Assembly (NCBI GenBank): GCA_011109175.1 | Contig: RDEW01000029.1 | Span: forward strand, 344,158 to 408,157 | Direction: 5' to 3' | Origin: Dicyema japonicum | Taxonomy: Eukaryota; Animalia; Dicyemida | DNA: 64,000 bases | Shown here: positions 11,930 to 24,470 of the stretch, one piece after another | Position numbering within the stretch: the stretch's first letter is position 1 | Layout: every line of letters begins with the position of its first letter | Position numbers and translations under genes: made by a program | The notes under the pieces: model-generated | What the model saw: the letters and a program-made list of their open reading frames with translations, nothing else | Database searches by the model: none | What the model was told of the DNA's origin: nothing

Positions 11930-12530
11930 TAAAAAGCACTGCGCAAACTGACCTCATTTAGAATGGCATCTTTACTAAAAAGAAAAGTAAACTTGAAGAT
12001 AAAAGACGTATATTTCAAAAAAATGTGAACTACAGTATTTTTTTAAGTTAATTTAAAAATATATTGTTTAGTTTGCCACACAAAAGAGTACAACTTAGAG
12101 ACATTATGAAACTAATAAATACCAGAGCATAATGCATGTTTCAAGACTCAAAGAATTGAAGGATAAGATGACACTGTAACAGACATGTTTTACAAAAATA
12201 GAGCGAGCCAATGTCCCTTCTGTCACTGCAAGCTATGAAGTCAGCTAAATCTTACGGCGAAGGAGATTTCTTAAAGCATTGCATAGTAAAAAAGGCTGAT
12301 ATTGTTTCCCGCAGAAAGCATTGTTAGTTGAGGACATTTCATTAACGAGGAACATTGTAGCTGGATGCATTGATGAAGTGGAGGTTGATTTGAAACAAAG
12401 TTGAAGCCCGCATCATCTAAATTAGAACACTTTTCTATTGTTATATACGAGACATGGAATAGCACAGCTTGCAGTTTTTTAAATACTAAGACATTTGGCC
12501 GACAGACGTTTAGCCTAAAAGACATTCATT
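11930..12530 (+). mobile_element. hAT transposase remnant (GTF2IRD2/EPM2AIP1-like)
   Basis: Degenerate KRK...RIFQKKW..YFF, C..C, and ISLSRNIVA-type motifs. Confidence 0.5.
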
Positions 12531-12644
12531 TGACAATTCAATTAAGCATAAATGATCAAGAAATACACTATGTATTTTAATTCAATAAATGTTAAAATTT
12601 TCAATTTAAAATTAATAATTTTTTTTAAAATATTTAAACAAAAT

Positions 12645-14015
12645 ATGCGATTTCTCGTCGATGTTGGTGAATTATTTCATATTGAAAAAGATTCATCAAT
12701 TTTCTGGTATAAACCAAAATCTGATTCCCCTAACATATTAATCATTGACCTTATAAAGGAAATCTTACAATCAATAAACTACTGTCATCAATTCTCTGAG
12801 AATGATTACACTATCTTCCTCAACAGGAACATTCTTCCTTACTGGACGAAGTCTTCCATTCTCGCCAACGACGACCTCCTCAAGTCTCTCTCTATCTTCA
12901 TTTTAGAATATGCAGATCGAACCCACATAACAGGGATTTTCTCAGCAGATTTATACCACGTGTTCCTCAACCTCTGAAAGAAGTCGACCAAGACTCACAT
13001 CAGCCACCTCAAACATTTTGTATCTCCAATATGAAGAGAAAAAAGATTGAAATGAACACAGATATCAACCCAGAAGGGACAAGTAATTCTCCTCAACTAT
13101 CAAACCCTCCCCTGAAAAGACCAAAGCACAAGAAATGCTCACAAACTGATTACAGTGCCTCTACCAAACAGTCTGATCAATCGCACAATTTTCATTCTTC
13201 CACCCACGTGCAGTACAAGGGATCAATTTCAAACAGACAACAAACCAGGAATTCAATCAAGGACATCTCTAGTAGTTCCTCAAGCAGTTCTGAGGATGTC
13301 GTGATTGCAAAGTCTTCTCCTCAAAATGCCTTGAAGACCCCCACGAGACGAACAAAAACATGTGGACTAGGGCAGTCGAAGCACATTATATTCGATTCGG
13401 ATGGAGAAACTGATCTCCCAACAAAATACGACTCAAATACGAGTTTGGAATGTCCCGTAGTCGAAATGGCTGACCTTGTTCGTCCCAAGAGGACCCCGAC
13501 TAAGGCTACAGTGGTTGATATGGATGGCTTGCCCTTTGTCCCTGTTTTTGACAGATTTAAGGGAGAGAATGGGGGGACGGAGTATTCAGAGACTGTGAGG
13601 CCTACTGCGAGGAATGAATCAGTTATCTTGAAGGTTGTGTTCTTGTTATATAAGAGGGGACTGGATGTGCTAGGAAGAACTACGTTGATGGGAGAAAGCA
13701 GATCAAGTCTCTCATATCAATGCCTTCCGTTGGGAGTACTGTACAGTTTTCGGTAGTTTGGTGTTAGAATGCAGGTGGCTGAGGTGGACGAAAATTTGGT
13801 AGCTGTAATATCTGCCCACGTGTATGAGTGTGTTTGATTGTAGACTGGGGTCGTACTGGGGACGGATTTTGACAATCAACTGATTGACTTTGGATTGCTT
13901 GAAGGTTGATGTTTTTGTTTATTTTAGAGGACAACGTGTCTAATATGGTTGGTAGTTGATTTGATTGTAGGTCACTGTAAGACTTGATTCTCTTATTAAT
14001 GCTAAAATTTTGTAA
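12645..14015 (+). CDS. COIL: Coilin (Cajal body scaffold)
   Basis: N-domain FWY..IIDLIKEI..IFLNRNILP..ILANDDLLK; 23-nt intron 12884-12906; low-complexity centre with KHIIFDSD; Tudor-like C-domain rebuilt across 22-24-nt introns: MPSVGSTVQFS/VAEVDENLVAVISAH/TGVVLGTDFDNQLIDFGLL/VTVRLDSLINAKIL*. One junction near 13635-13656 needs a GAG acceptor. Confidence 0.85.
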
Positions 14016-14129
14016 TATTTATGGACTATTTTGTGTTAATACGTTATTGACTTTTAATTTTCTATGATGATTTTTTTGGTGGATCTTGACTTTGTGGTAG
14101 TTTTTATCCATGTTTAATCAAATTATTTA

Positions 14130-14815
14130 CAGTAAAGCCTCATGCGGCCCACGAGCCTCATGCGCAACAGTAGTGTATAGTGGAGGTCGTTAAATGCAAC
14201 ACTATAGTGCAGCTAGATTTGATGGCTATAAAACAAAATATTTTAATTATGAAATATTTTTTAATTTTAATTATTTTTTAATAGTATCTGTAAATCTCGT
14301 TTGTCAATGCCACGTGTTTGTTCTGGAACTAAAAAACGGTGTTTTTAAAGATGAAAAGAGAATTTTTCAAAAAATGGGAACTTTACTATTTTTGTATAAC
14401 GATTGATGGAAAAATTTATTGTTTGATATGCAACCAGTTTATCGCTATACTGAAAGAATACAACTTAAAAAGGAATTACCATTCCAATCATACGATCATT
14501 TCAAAGGCACTAAGTTGTTTATTAACCAATAAGGTCCAATGCGTGTTTCAAAGCTAAATGAATTACGACTGCTCATTTGTTTAAAGACATTTCTTTGACC
14601 AGAAACACAGTTGCTGAACATATCAAAGAAATGTCTTTGCATTTGAAACAACAATTAAAGTCTGAATTGTTTAAATTTGAATATTTTTCAAATTGCGATC
14701 GATGAAATGTTCGACGTTATTTGAATTGGGTTTTTATTAAAATAAATAATCTTTCTTTGATGAAAAATTATTATAAATGCGGCCCTCTAAGCTAATTAAG
14801 TTGACACCCCTGATT
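14130..14815 (+). mobile_element. hAT non-autonomous remnant
   Basis: GCGGCCC subterminal repeats, right end GTTGACACCCCTG, and N-terminal FKDEKRIFQKKWELYYF..CLIC fragment. Confidence 0.55.
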
Positions 14816-14817
14816 TA

Positions 14818-14884
14818 CAGTAAGTCTCTCGTATCCGCCAATTTCGGGGATCGGTAAAATCTGGTGGATTCGAGAGACTTACTG
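14818..14884. mobile_element. 67-bp Tc1/pogo-type hairpin MITE; a further copy of the same TIR at 17478-17501
   Basis: CAGTAAGTCTCTCGTATCCGCCA / TGGTGGATTCGAGAGACTTACTG inverted repeat; TA next to 14818 and 17501. Confidence 0.7.
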
Positions 14885-15265
14885 ATTTTTTCATCTATTA
14901 ATAATGTAAATCAAAAAAATTATTTATAAGCAAAAAAAGTCAGTTTTGATTTGTTTTTTTTTCAAGTTCGGATCATTGAAGATCCAAGCTTTTCAATAGC
15001 CTCTAGATTCCCGACATTCAAGAATTCTTATTGATTATAGATTTTTTGAATCTTTTAAGGCTAGAAAACCCTAGTTACACCTTTCTGACTTTCTTCAAGG
15101 GGTTCTTCACTATCAATTTCTTGTTCTATTTTCTCCGAATCATTCAAATCAAGTTTTTCATTTTTATTGTAGTCAATTTCGAAGTCTCTCTTCCATGGAT
15201 CACTTATGTTTACTTTGTCGAGAATATATTTTTAATTTTCAATAACAGGGTTTTCATAATTTATA

Positions 15266-17223
15266 CAGTCAAACCCCTCTAAACCGACTCCTCGGTATAC
15301 CGGAATTCCCTTACAACCGGACTAAACTTCTGGTCCCGATTTACCTCATAGGCCATCACTGCTATTTCATCTTCGATATACCGGATCTCTTCTATTCCGA
15401 ATACCGGCCGTATTTTGTGGTCCCAACTTGAATTCTCTTTTATCATAAACCGGCCTTCTGACATCAATCTTTGATCTAATCCTATTAATCGTCTTTAACC
15501 TTGAATTGCAAACAACGATAGAGATAAATATTCGAACAACTAGACAGAAAATCAAAAACTAAAAGATGATAGCGAACGTAAAGAAAACGATTACGTTGTG
15601 AATTGTCTTTAAAGAAAAAAATTCAAAAAAAATGAATCACCAAACACCTAAGCCGATACAAAAATTTCTCAGCAAGAAGTATGGAGTTGGATGCAGCACT
15701 GCATCAGACATCTTAAAAAGGCTGATATTTATTTGGAATTATTTTATAACAACGCAAAATCTGCCAAAAACGTTTTGACAATAAAATGAAAATTTGAATA
15801 AAATCACTTGGGAGTGGTTCCAGATTGCACGTTTCAAAAACTTTTGTTTGTCAGGACCAATTATCGCAAAAGCTACAGAGTTTGCTAAAGCACTAGGCAA
15901 AAATGATTTTAAAGCTTCCACTGGCTGGTTATGCTGGTGGAAGTCCTTTTACTCAATCAAGTCGTACTGTAACAGTGGTGAAAAAGCAAATGTTGACAGT
16001 GATGTTGGTTCTGACTGGATGGAACGTTTACCTTTTCTAATTGAGGGATATCGACGAGAGGATATATTTAACTGTGACGAAACCGGACTATTCTATCGTG
16101 CCCTTTCTGATAAAACACTATCAGTAAGAGGCATAATCATCACAGTGGATCAAAGAAGTCGAAAGAACGTCTTACTGTAGTGCTTGGATGCAGTTCAACA
16201 GGAGAAAAGCTAAAGCCAATTGTAGTTGGCAAGTCTCGAAAACCCCGATGTTTAAAGAATATTAATCTGAATGTGAGTTGCAAATTAACCACAGTTACCT
16301 GTTATTTACAGCTCCGACGTTACAGCCTGGATGATATCGAAATTGTGGTTGCAAGATGTGAACATGCAGATGATGTGCCAGAAACAAAAATTATTATGTT
16401 TTTGGATAATGCAGCATCACATTCACCAAACGTAAAATATTCCAACGTGGAACTCAAATTTTTTCCAGCTAACACAACGAGTGTCATACAGCCTCTGGAT
16501 CAAGTTATTATTCGGTCATTTAAAGAAAGATACAGAAGACTACTTGACTCAACTTCTTGCCAAAATGGACACAGAAGACAATGCGACACCACTTGCAAAA
16601 AATATCTCTCTTGAATGGTATCCGGTGGATTAGCACAGCTTGGATGGACGTGAAATCAAACAAATCTCCCTTGGTTTAATAAGTGTGGCATTCCAGTCAA
16701 ATGATATAAACGACAATCCTGAAAACAATTTACTGTTCATACCCCTCATGAATAGACTAGTCGATAATCCAATGACAAAGAATAATTTGTCAACTTAGAC
16801 TTGGAACTATTCACTGAAATCCCAAAGATTGGGAACCATCCTTAGTTGAGCAATACCAAACAGTCTCAGCTTCTGAAGATAATGACAGTGACTCAGATTC
16901 TGATAAGCAAATAGAGCCAAAACAAATAGAGAAATTAACTCGCAAAAATGTTCAACAAATGCTAGACCAAATCTGCCACTTTGCTTGCACTCAAGACCCT
17001 GCATTACTCGATCCCGTCAACAGACTGATCTATCTGAACAATGAAGCGATTGCTGAATCGAAGCTAAATACGAGGTAATCCTTATAGACAGATTTCTATT
17101 AATTTTAGTGTTTCACTTTTTCGTTATAAGTAAATTTAATGACTTGTTGAATATACCGGCCTCCCCTCTATACCGTACAATTCTGTCGGTCCCGAGAGGA
17201 ATCGGTTTAGAGGAGTTTGACTA
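15266..17223 (+). mobile_element. pogo/Tigger DNA transposon, decayed
   Basis: TIRs CAGTCAAACCCCTCTAAACCGA / TCGGTTTAGAGGAGTTTGACTA with TA flanks; CENP-B HTH (GPIIAKATEFAK, FKASTGWL), DETGLFYR, FLDNAASH, QPLDQ. Confidence 0.9.
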
Positions 17224-17759
17224 TATTTTCAATGTCTTGAATCCATTTTGCGTGCATTTGAATGTTAAAGAACTATCTATCTTGTTCCAAGCATTGACTG
17301 AAACTCTGTCTTTCAATACTTTATAACCTGATTTAAAATTTTTACAAACACTTTTGCTTCAAATGGCAATTTTTTGTTTGTTTTTTAATCGTGTACAGTT
17401 ACGATTAAAGAAAACAACAATAAACAATGACAGCGTGTTAATAAGTTATTTAAAAAATTATTTAAAATTAAGAAACATGGCGGATTCGAGAGACTTTACT
17501 GTATATTAATTTGATAAAATAAATTAAAATTTTCATTATTTGATTTTCTATGCATTTATTCCCGAGGTCTTTTTACGATTTAACCTTCAGACTGGGATTT
17601 CTCCACCAAAAAGATCAAAGGAAATTTACAAGAGATCATGAACATCACCACCGTCGGTAAAAATGAGATGACTGCTCAGAATAAATACAAAAATGCATAG
17701 AAAATCAAATAATGAAAATCCTCAAGTCCTCCAAAAATCCGAGATCAGGTAACTTCGCT

Positions 17760-18150
17760 ATTCTTATTTTTCTAATACTCGGCCATTCTTGAACCGGTCA
17801 GGTTATGCAGAAGTGACGGGAAACGACCGGACGGGATGACCATATTTCCATTTGAGGCGGGAAACCACTGGTTTAGGATGTGACATGTACAGACACGTTC
17901 GCCCAGAAAAAACTTTACGAGAGTGCTACAAGGGCCTGTTCAGCATCCGTAAAGGCGGAGAAGGCCAAACTCGTTAAATACGTCGACCTCCCCGATGATG
18001 TCAAATTTGTTCCACGTGCTATGGAGACTTCCGGATCCTACTCCCCTTCTACACTAGAGTTTTTCGGACGTCTTGGAAACCGGATCACCTCATGCACTGG
18101 AGATCTCCGTGAACGCCGCTGGCTATTTGAGCGAATTTCGCTCGCAATTT
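17760..18150 (+). mobile_element. CRE-like 3' fragment
   Basis: RPDGMT..WDVTCTDT..KY..FVP.AMETSG..WLFERISLAI. Confidence 0.7.
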
Positions 18151-18174
18151 TAATTAAAAATCTTAATTTATAAA

Positions 18175-18425
18175 CGGAAAAAAAGTCAAGTCCGCTACGA
18201 AATCACGGAGTTGACTTTTTTTTCCGTTTTGCGCTAAATTTTGAAAAATTTATAAGGGAAAAATTTTCAAAAATGGAATAAAAGTCAAGCGGGAAAAAAG
18301 TCAAGTATTGAAAAAAATTTTAAAAAATTAAAGTAGTATCACAAAAATGCGATATAAACTAAAAAAGACAACTTGACTTTTTTTCCGCTTGACCTTTTTT
18401 CCACTTGACTTTTTTTCCTACAACC
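18175..18425. mobile_element. Mutator-like (MULE) MITE copy A, left end lost or rearranged
   Basis: Tandem GGAAAAAAAGTCAAG / CTTGACTTTTTTTCC subterminal repeats ending CCTACAACC. Confidence 0.7.
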
Positions 18426-18830
18426 CAACTACCAACCACATTAGACACATTGTCTTCTAAAATAAACAAAAACATAAACCTTCAAGCAATCCAAAGTCAA
18501 TCAGTTGATTGTCAAAATCTGTCCCCAGTACGACCCAAGTCTACAATCAAACACACTCATACACGTGGGCCAAATATGAAGGCTACCAAATTTTCGTCCA
18601 CCTCAGCCACCTGCATTCCAGCTCCAAGATACCGAATATTGCACAGTACTCCCAACAGAAGGCATTGATAAAGGCCCCAAGTCATACGTAACAGGATGTA
18701 GTTTTCTCTGTTGTCATTTCCTGTGACTATATGCAGTTTACCATTAATTTTGTGGACAGTATCAGCCAGTTTTTTATTGACTATCCGAAATCCATTTTGG
18801 TTCTTACTTCTAAACATGTTGCTTTTCGGT
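18426..18830 (-). pseudogene. Inverted partial coilin paralogue (Tudor exons with introns retained)
   Basis: Reverse complement of 18426-18670 is highly similar to 13715-13960, including three micro-introns; the upstream part is more diverged. Confidence 0.85.
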
Positions 18831-18841
18831 GTGGCGCGAAC

Positions 18842-18975
18842 GGAGTGCGGAAAAAAAGTCAAATCGTCTTTTTTTACTTAATATAGCATTTTTCTGATAC
18901 TACTAGCATCTTTTAATTTTTAAAAATTTTTTCAATACTTGACCTTTTTTCCACTTGACTTTTTTTCCTACAACC
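18842..18975. mobile_element. MULE MITE copy B with 9-bp TSD
   Basis: GGCGCGAAC at 18833-18841 and 18976-18984 flanks the GG..GG AAAAAAAGTCAA / CTTGACTTTTTTTCCTACAACC termini. Confidence 0.85.
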
Positions 18976-18984
18976 GGCGCGAAC

Positions 18985-19300
18985 AACCAGGATGGAAGAA
19001 GATTAGGACATTTATTCGACTCTCTTGGCTCAAGGTTTTGACATCCAAAGAACCAAATCATTATTCGTACACAGGTTGTGATAAACTTATGTTTTTCTGG
19101 TGTCTTCAGATATTGGAAGCGAGTCCATCTGGAATCAACATAAAAGGTAAGACGTCCACTACATGCAGTTGTGGAGACCCCTCCTGTAGAGTCTGGGAGA
19201 AAAAATGATCATTTTTCGTGCTGGAAGAGAGAGAGGAACAGAGAAGCAAGCAGAAAACTTCAACCGATTAACCACGCAGCACCACATGGCGCCACGCGGT
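18985..19300 (-). mobile_element. Vingi-like LINE 5' fragment
   Basis: 5' hallmark GCGTGGCGCCATGTGGT, pyrimidine-rich leader, and degenerate APE start. Confidence 0.5.
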
Positions 19301-19302
19301 TC

Positions 19303-20860
19303 AGACTTTGTGCAATTGAAACACGAACTCAACCAAAATAGTATTATTATTTATAAAAATATAAAATAAATATTAAATTTTATTATTAAATATTATTTAC
19401 ATTGGTTAACCAAATATTTAATAAACATATATGAATTGTTCTAATTAATGAATCAACGAGCTCTACGAGTCGTGTTTTTAGGAAATACAACAGTTTTAAC
19501 TATTTGTTTCATTGTATGATAACTTTAATTGTTAGGGAATTGTTATTGGGATATTTGCTGGAGGTGGGTTTTTCATATATACATTTTACGATCAGCGCAA
19601 TGATGATGATTTTGATGTCTTTTTTTATGGTATAGTAATAAGTAGCTGTACTACTTGTACTTTCTATATTTTCGTAACGACTCTTCTACTTGTAAGGATT
19701 TGGAAAAGAAATAAAGGGCTAAATATAACTGTTGTAAATTATTATATTTTTAGTTATGGATATGTATTTTGATTTTGATTTCAATGTTAGCGTTATTATT
19801 TTTTTTTCATCAAAATACATTAGTGGTACTATATTAGCCAGTTTATATGATGAGGATATAGATGAAGTTATTGTAATTATTATTTATAGCTGATTGTCCT
19901 GTAAATCTGGAAGATGGAGAATGCTTTATAAATGAGTTAGGAATGTTTGGATAATTTACAGAGTTTGATTGGAAAACATAGTATACCAATATTATCTGCT
20001 TTTCTATTCACATTTTCCTAGTTTGTGATAATTATATATTTTAGACCGCTCACTCAGTTATAATCTTTATTTATTAAATTTCATTAATACAGGCTTTCTC
20101 ATTAAGATTTCAATATTTGTTATAATTAGGCATATGTGTCTAACACAAACTTTATAAATTAATTTAGAATTTCATACACAATCACGATTTAAAACATTGG
20201 GGCTCAACGTTTGTCTGGATGCGGGACCTTTCGTTTGGACCTCATTTGCAAGTCTGGATAACTATGGAGAAGAGGGACTCTAGCGGATTGTCAAAGTAAG
20301 AGGCAAGACTTTAATAAGCTACCCCCAACTCCTCATTCACTAGCTAATAGAGTCGATCATTCGTTCAATTTGGACTTAAGTGGTTGAATATTCTAGATTT
20401 TCTTTGGAATCTCACTTTGGCACTTAGAAACGATGGATTAGACAAATATATTTTTAATATCAAAAATTTATTACTACAAATCGGATAGCAGTAGCAAGAG
20501 ACAGTGAGCATTTTCGCGATGGCAATTCAGAGGCGTTCACGAAACCAATGCCGTTCTCGAGGATCTCCCAACCTAAGAAGATTACGATTCCAATCTCTTG
20601 GATAACATCTCTGATGACAGGTTTGACTAGATCAAATTCTTAAACGCAATTGGGGCTAAGCATAAGCCCCGAGGTTTCTACTGTGACAGGCCGAGTACAT
20701 ATTGATCCCTAAGTGTTTTCAGCAATTCTAATATGAAGAAGGATATCTGTATCGAGGTCAAAAAAATAAAACATTGATCCAATTTTTTGCCAATTCAAAT
20801 ACTTTCCATTCAGACTGAGAGAAAGGTTTGTTCTGTCGAGTATATATTTAGATAGTCGAG
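19303..20860. repeat. Segmental duplication copy B
   Basis: Direct repeat of 6858-8400. Confidence 0.9.
19448..20060 (+). pseudogene. Four-TM (tetraspanin-like) membrane protein, copy B
   Basis: Spliced frame GIVIGIFAGGGFFIYTFYDQR...FYIFVTTLLLVRIWKRNKGLNITV/LWICILILISMLALLFFFSSKYISG; a 1-nt loss and a stop occur in the loop. Confidence 0.45.
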
Positions 20861-21205
20861 TTCTAAAGGTTCCAGCTGTACAAAGAATCAAATTGCTTTA
20901 GGTCGTTTTCTCAAAAAATAAAACATTGACAAAATTTTTTCCAATTCAAATACTTTCTATTTAGACTAGAGAAAGGTTTATTCTGTTCAGTCTTATATTT
21001 GGACAGTCGAGTTCTAGAAGTTCAAGTTGTACAAGAATCAAATTGACTTTTGGTTCGTTGTCTCAAAACAAACATTAAACCAAATTTTTGCCAATTCAAA
21101 TACTTTCCATTCAGATTAAGTGAAAGGTTTACTCTATCGAGTCTTATATTGGACACTTAGAGTTCTTAGGTTCCAGTTGTACAAGAATCAAATAGTTTCA
21201 GGTTC
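20758..21205. repeat. Tandem repeat, ~152-bp unit x3
   Basis: Units start near 20758, 20911 and 21062 (AAAACATT...CCAATTCAAATACTTTCCATTCAGA...GTACAAGAATCAAAT); a partial unit is at ~8325-8397. Confidence 0.9.
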
Positions 21206-21559
21206 GTAGCCTCTGGGACTTTCTTTGGCAAGAGAGTACGTCAAGTCCTTTAACATATACCGTCCAGATGAAATCTGTAAGACAATATTCTTAAATTTTT
21301 TATTTTCTAGGTTGAGAGACCCGTAATTATGCTGGAGAGGCATAATTACTGTGACGGTTGAATACGAGCCGTTAAAGCCGTTAGAAATCAATAATTTTTT
21401 AATGAAAAATAAATCAATAAATTAATTAATTCACATCTTTATAATGATTAGTAATTTTAATAATTTAAATTTCTCACAAATTTTCATTTTCTTAACGGCT
21501 AACATCAAATAGAATAGTAATAGATTTTTGTTCAGGCTTGTTTTTGTTTTTTGTTATGA

Positions 21560-22260
21560 AGGTTGTCTATTTTACTCTGCTACAAAAGCAAGAACTAATG
21601 ACCTATCTGAGATACCAAATTTTACCTCAAAAATGGACATCCTGGTCGTGATAGACTTCTTTCTCTTCTAAGATTTTGCAAAGATGAAGTTATGGTTGTT
21701 CACAATGTCTGGCAAGACGGCTTATGAACACTCGACCAACTATAACACCTATCAGAGCATATACAGTGAGAGAAAGCTGTCCAGCATTCAACAACTCTGC
21801 ACGCTCCTTTTAAATTGATGTTCGGAGCTTCTGCCAATGATACCATAAATAATCATTACTCAGAAGAAGAAATGAATGAAATATTCAAGCAAATTGATTG
21901 ATGGAATGAAGAAACACAAACTGAAGCAACTAAATTTCTTGCGTGGTTTTGGTCATCAAGTAAAACTTCGAGAACAAAAGCAATTTTAAATTCAAACAAT
22001 GCTGATAGAAAAATTTTAACAAAAGGAATGTGGAAGAATGATATTTCTATTTTTAACATCGGTGATCGAGTTGTTAGAAGGGTCTATCTTGATAATAATA
22101 ATAAAAACACGAAAAAGTGGCTTAAACGAACACATTGATACATTAATATATCATGTTAAAGGAGTATCTGCCACAGGAATGATTGATCTAGAAGGAGAAG
22201 ATGGTGATTCAAGAAAATAGCATAGACTTAGCAAAGCTAGAATAATTTTACAATATAAAT
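21560..22260 (+). mobile_element. Retroviral-type integrase remnant (Ginger/Gypsy-like)
   Basis: GHPGRDRLLSLL (zinc-finger part) and C-terminal FNIGDRVV...KKW..Y in broken frames; catalytic core not seen. Confidence 0.4.
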
Positions 22261-22759
22261 TTATTAATTTTTTCTAATAAAATCAGTTATTATTATTATC
22301 ATTATTTTGATCATTTATAATATCATTAGAGTTAGGAGTTCTTAAGCTTTCAGCTTTGCATTAGAGTTAGGAAAACTTAGGGATATATATTAGAGTTATA
22401 CAACGAACAGAACGTAAGAAAACTAACAATTTGACGAGACACAGCTGAAACAAACAATTCGAATTGAAGTAGCAAAAATCACCAATGTAACTAAGAGAAA
22501 AAGTATTCATTAAGTCAGTGGTGTCGAACTCATTTCCCTTTGAGGGTCGCATTGACAAGCTGATAGTCGTATCTCATTCTGAACCGGTCACAATTACTAT
22601 CGATTTATTTAGCAACATAGATATTCTTTGTTGCCCAAAAGATGTACCACTACAGTCTCTAGTGATGACTTGTTGCATCCGTTCTTATGGTTTTATAACA
22701 TACTTTATATGCTGGGGAAGTCTAATGTTATACCAAGTTGGTGATTGCCAGATCCATTC

Positions 22760-23000
22760 GGAAAAGGCATGATGAACTTGCATTACTGTTGAAAGCCTAT
22801 AAGGCTGATATTGTCGTCGTTAACGAGACTTAAATCAGAGAAATGGAAGATTTTATCTTAGAGGATTTTTGTCTGTAGATATGAAATAGAAGGATGGAGC
22901 TGTTTTATCGTCTCATCTATACACTATTAAACCCCAAGTAATTCGGAATGCTGGATGTGATTTTACTTCTGTTGACGTTTGCTGTGACGATATTGGATTA
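22760..23000 (+). mobile_element. APE endonuclease remnant (CR1/L2-like)
   Basis: HDELALLLKAYKADIVVVNET. Confidence 0.35.
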
Positions 23001-24254
23001 CTATTAAAGTATTTTCCCCAAGTCTTATGTGTTAATTTAAAGTCGGCAATGTATTGCGGGGTTTTATGAAATTTATTCCTAAAGCTGCTGTCCCTTATAT
23101 ATCAAGCGGGAAATTTCAGAACGAATTGTCCGGGTTGTCGTTCATGCTCATGAGGCTTGGAGCCGTACCTATTAGTTTTCCCAACCTTCCATGATCATTA
23201 CAAAAACACATGAAACGCTCTTTACTTGGTTTTTAGAAAAACAAAAATCAATAAATGATCCCCGCCGAGATTAACCCAAAAAACTGCGTGGCATTTTGTG
23301 GTGCTAATAGAACATACTCCTCTTCCCATTTTATCGAATGCGATTGGCTCAAGTATACGGTTCTGATTTTCACGGATACCACCTTCAGAAAGCTTGCGGT
23401 GTATTGCACTTGGTAATTTTTGTGTATCCGAGACAATCGATATTTTTTCTCATAGTTTTGGGATCTGTACGTGTGCTCTTCGGAGTCAACCAATAATCTC
23501 CCTGAAAAGAATGTGAATATTTTCTTTACTTTCTCTTCTTCTTTCCCCTCCTCTGGGGTATGAATAGTGTGTATGGAGTGAAGCAAAACAATCATACCCA
23601 ATCCTCAGTTTCCACCGAAGAGACTGCCTTTTCAATACACTCATATAGGCATTCCACGACAGATACACAGGTGGATTGGGGTTCCTGATCATGATCCTTC
23701 GTGTGTGTCGGATTTGAAATCAATTCAAGAACTTTCTGATGATCCAGTGGCTAATCTTTACAGACTCGCAAATGGGGGATTGTACAGCTCCAAATTTGTT
23801 ACGGTGATAGCCACGGTGCTATTGTGGGTAACTAATAGGGGATATAGAGAACCAGATCCACTTGTAAGTTCACCAGACGTCAATACAGTGCATGTCTCTT
23901 TTGAAGGATTGACTGTTGTTGTCAACCTTTGGGTGTTCCCAGTAACGTACTTGAAGACCTCCAGTGATGATCAGTACGTCTTGACGTTTTCTATACATTT
24001 TGTGGTGGTTTGATTTAAAAACTATTGTGATAGCTGGTGTTTGGATAGGAAGCGTCCAACATAAATCAGCAAAACTGAGTAAAACCTCTTTCAGTTGTTC
24101 CTAAGTTATTACAAATAGATGCGTTAAGCCTAAATTAATCATCACAAAGCTGAGGCGTTACTTATTGATCTCGTCAGCATAATTTGTATGTCTTTGCTCA
24201 GGGCAAAATGCCTGATGGCCTCTAGTTGGAGTCTTACTGCTGTAAATTCCGGCT

Positions 24255-24470
24255 GAAGGTTCCACGCATCCAAGATGCTTTGTCTTGACGAGTGACGCTG
24301 TCATCAGTGAACATTTCACTGCGGAACCGGATCGTCTACAAGAGAACTCACATCCAACAAAAAGAAAGTGAAGAGCATTCCTTGGTTCTCACTCATCGAT
24401 TAGTTATGATAACTGTTTTTTGCTTAAAAATAAAATATGTGTCCAGTCTGGAGTAAGCTACAGCTAATTT
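24255..24470 (+). mobile_element. SINE family 1 body
   Basis: GAAGGTTCCACGCATC...TTGACGAGTGACGCTGTCATCAGTG matches the 28650 copy. Confidence 0.6.

Noticed and set aside
20758-21205. CRISPR-like array
   Set aside because: Whole 152-bp units are homologous, with no short constant repeat plus unique spacers; context is eukaryotic with no cas genes.
21188-21391. Polinton or virus minor capsid fragment (ISSGRYMLKDL)
   Set aside because: Single short motif with no polB, ATPase, protease or major capsid traces nearby.
23248-24013. Host gene in ORFs 23248-23601, 23486-23692 and 23705-24013
   Set aside because: No recognisable domain or consistent splice model; lies among LINE/SINE debris.
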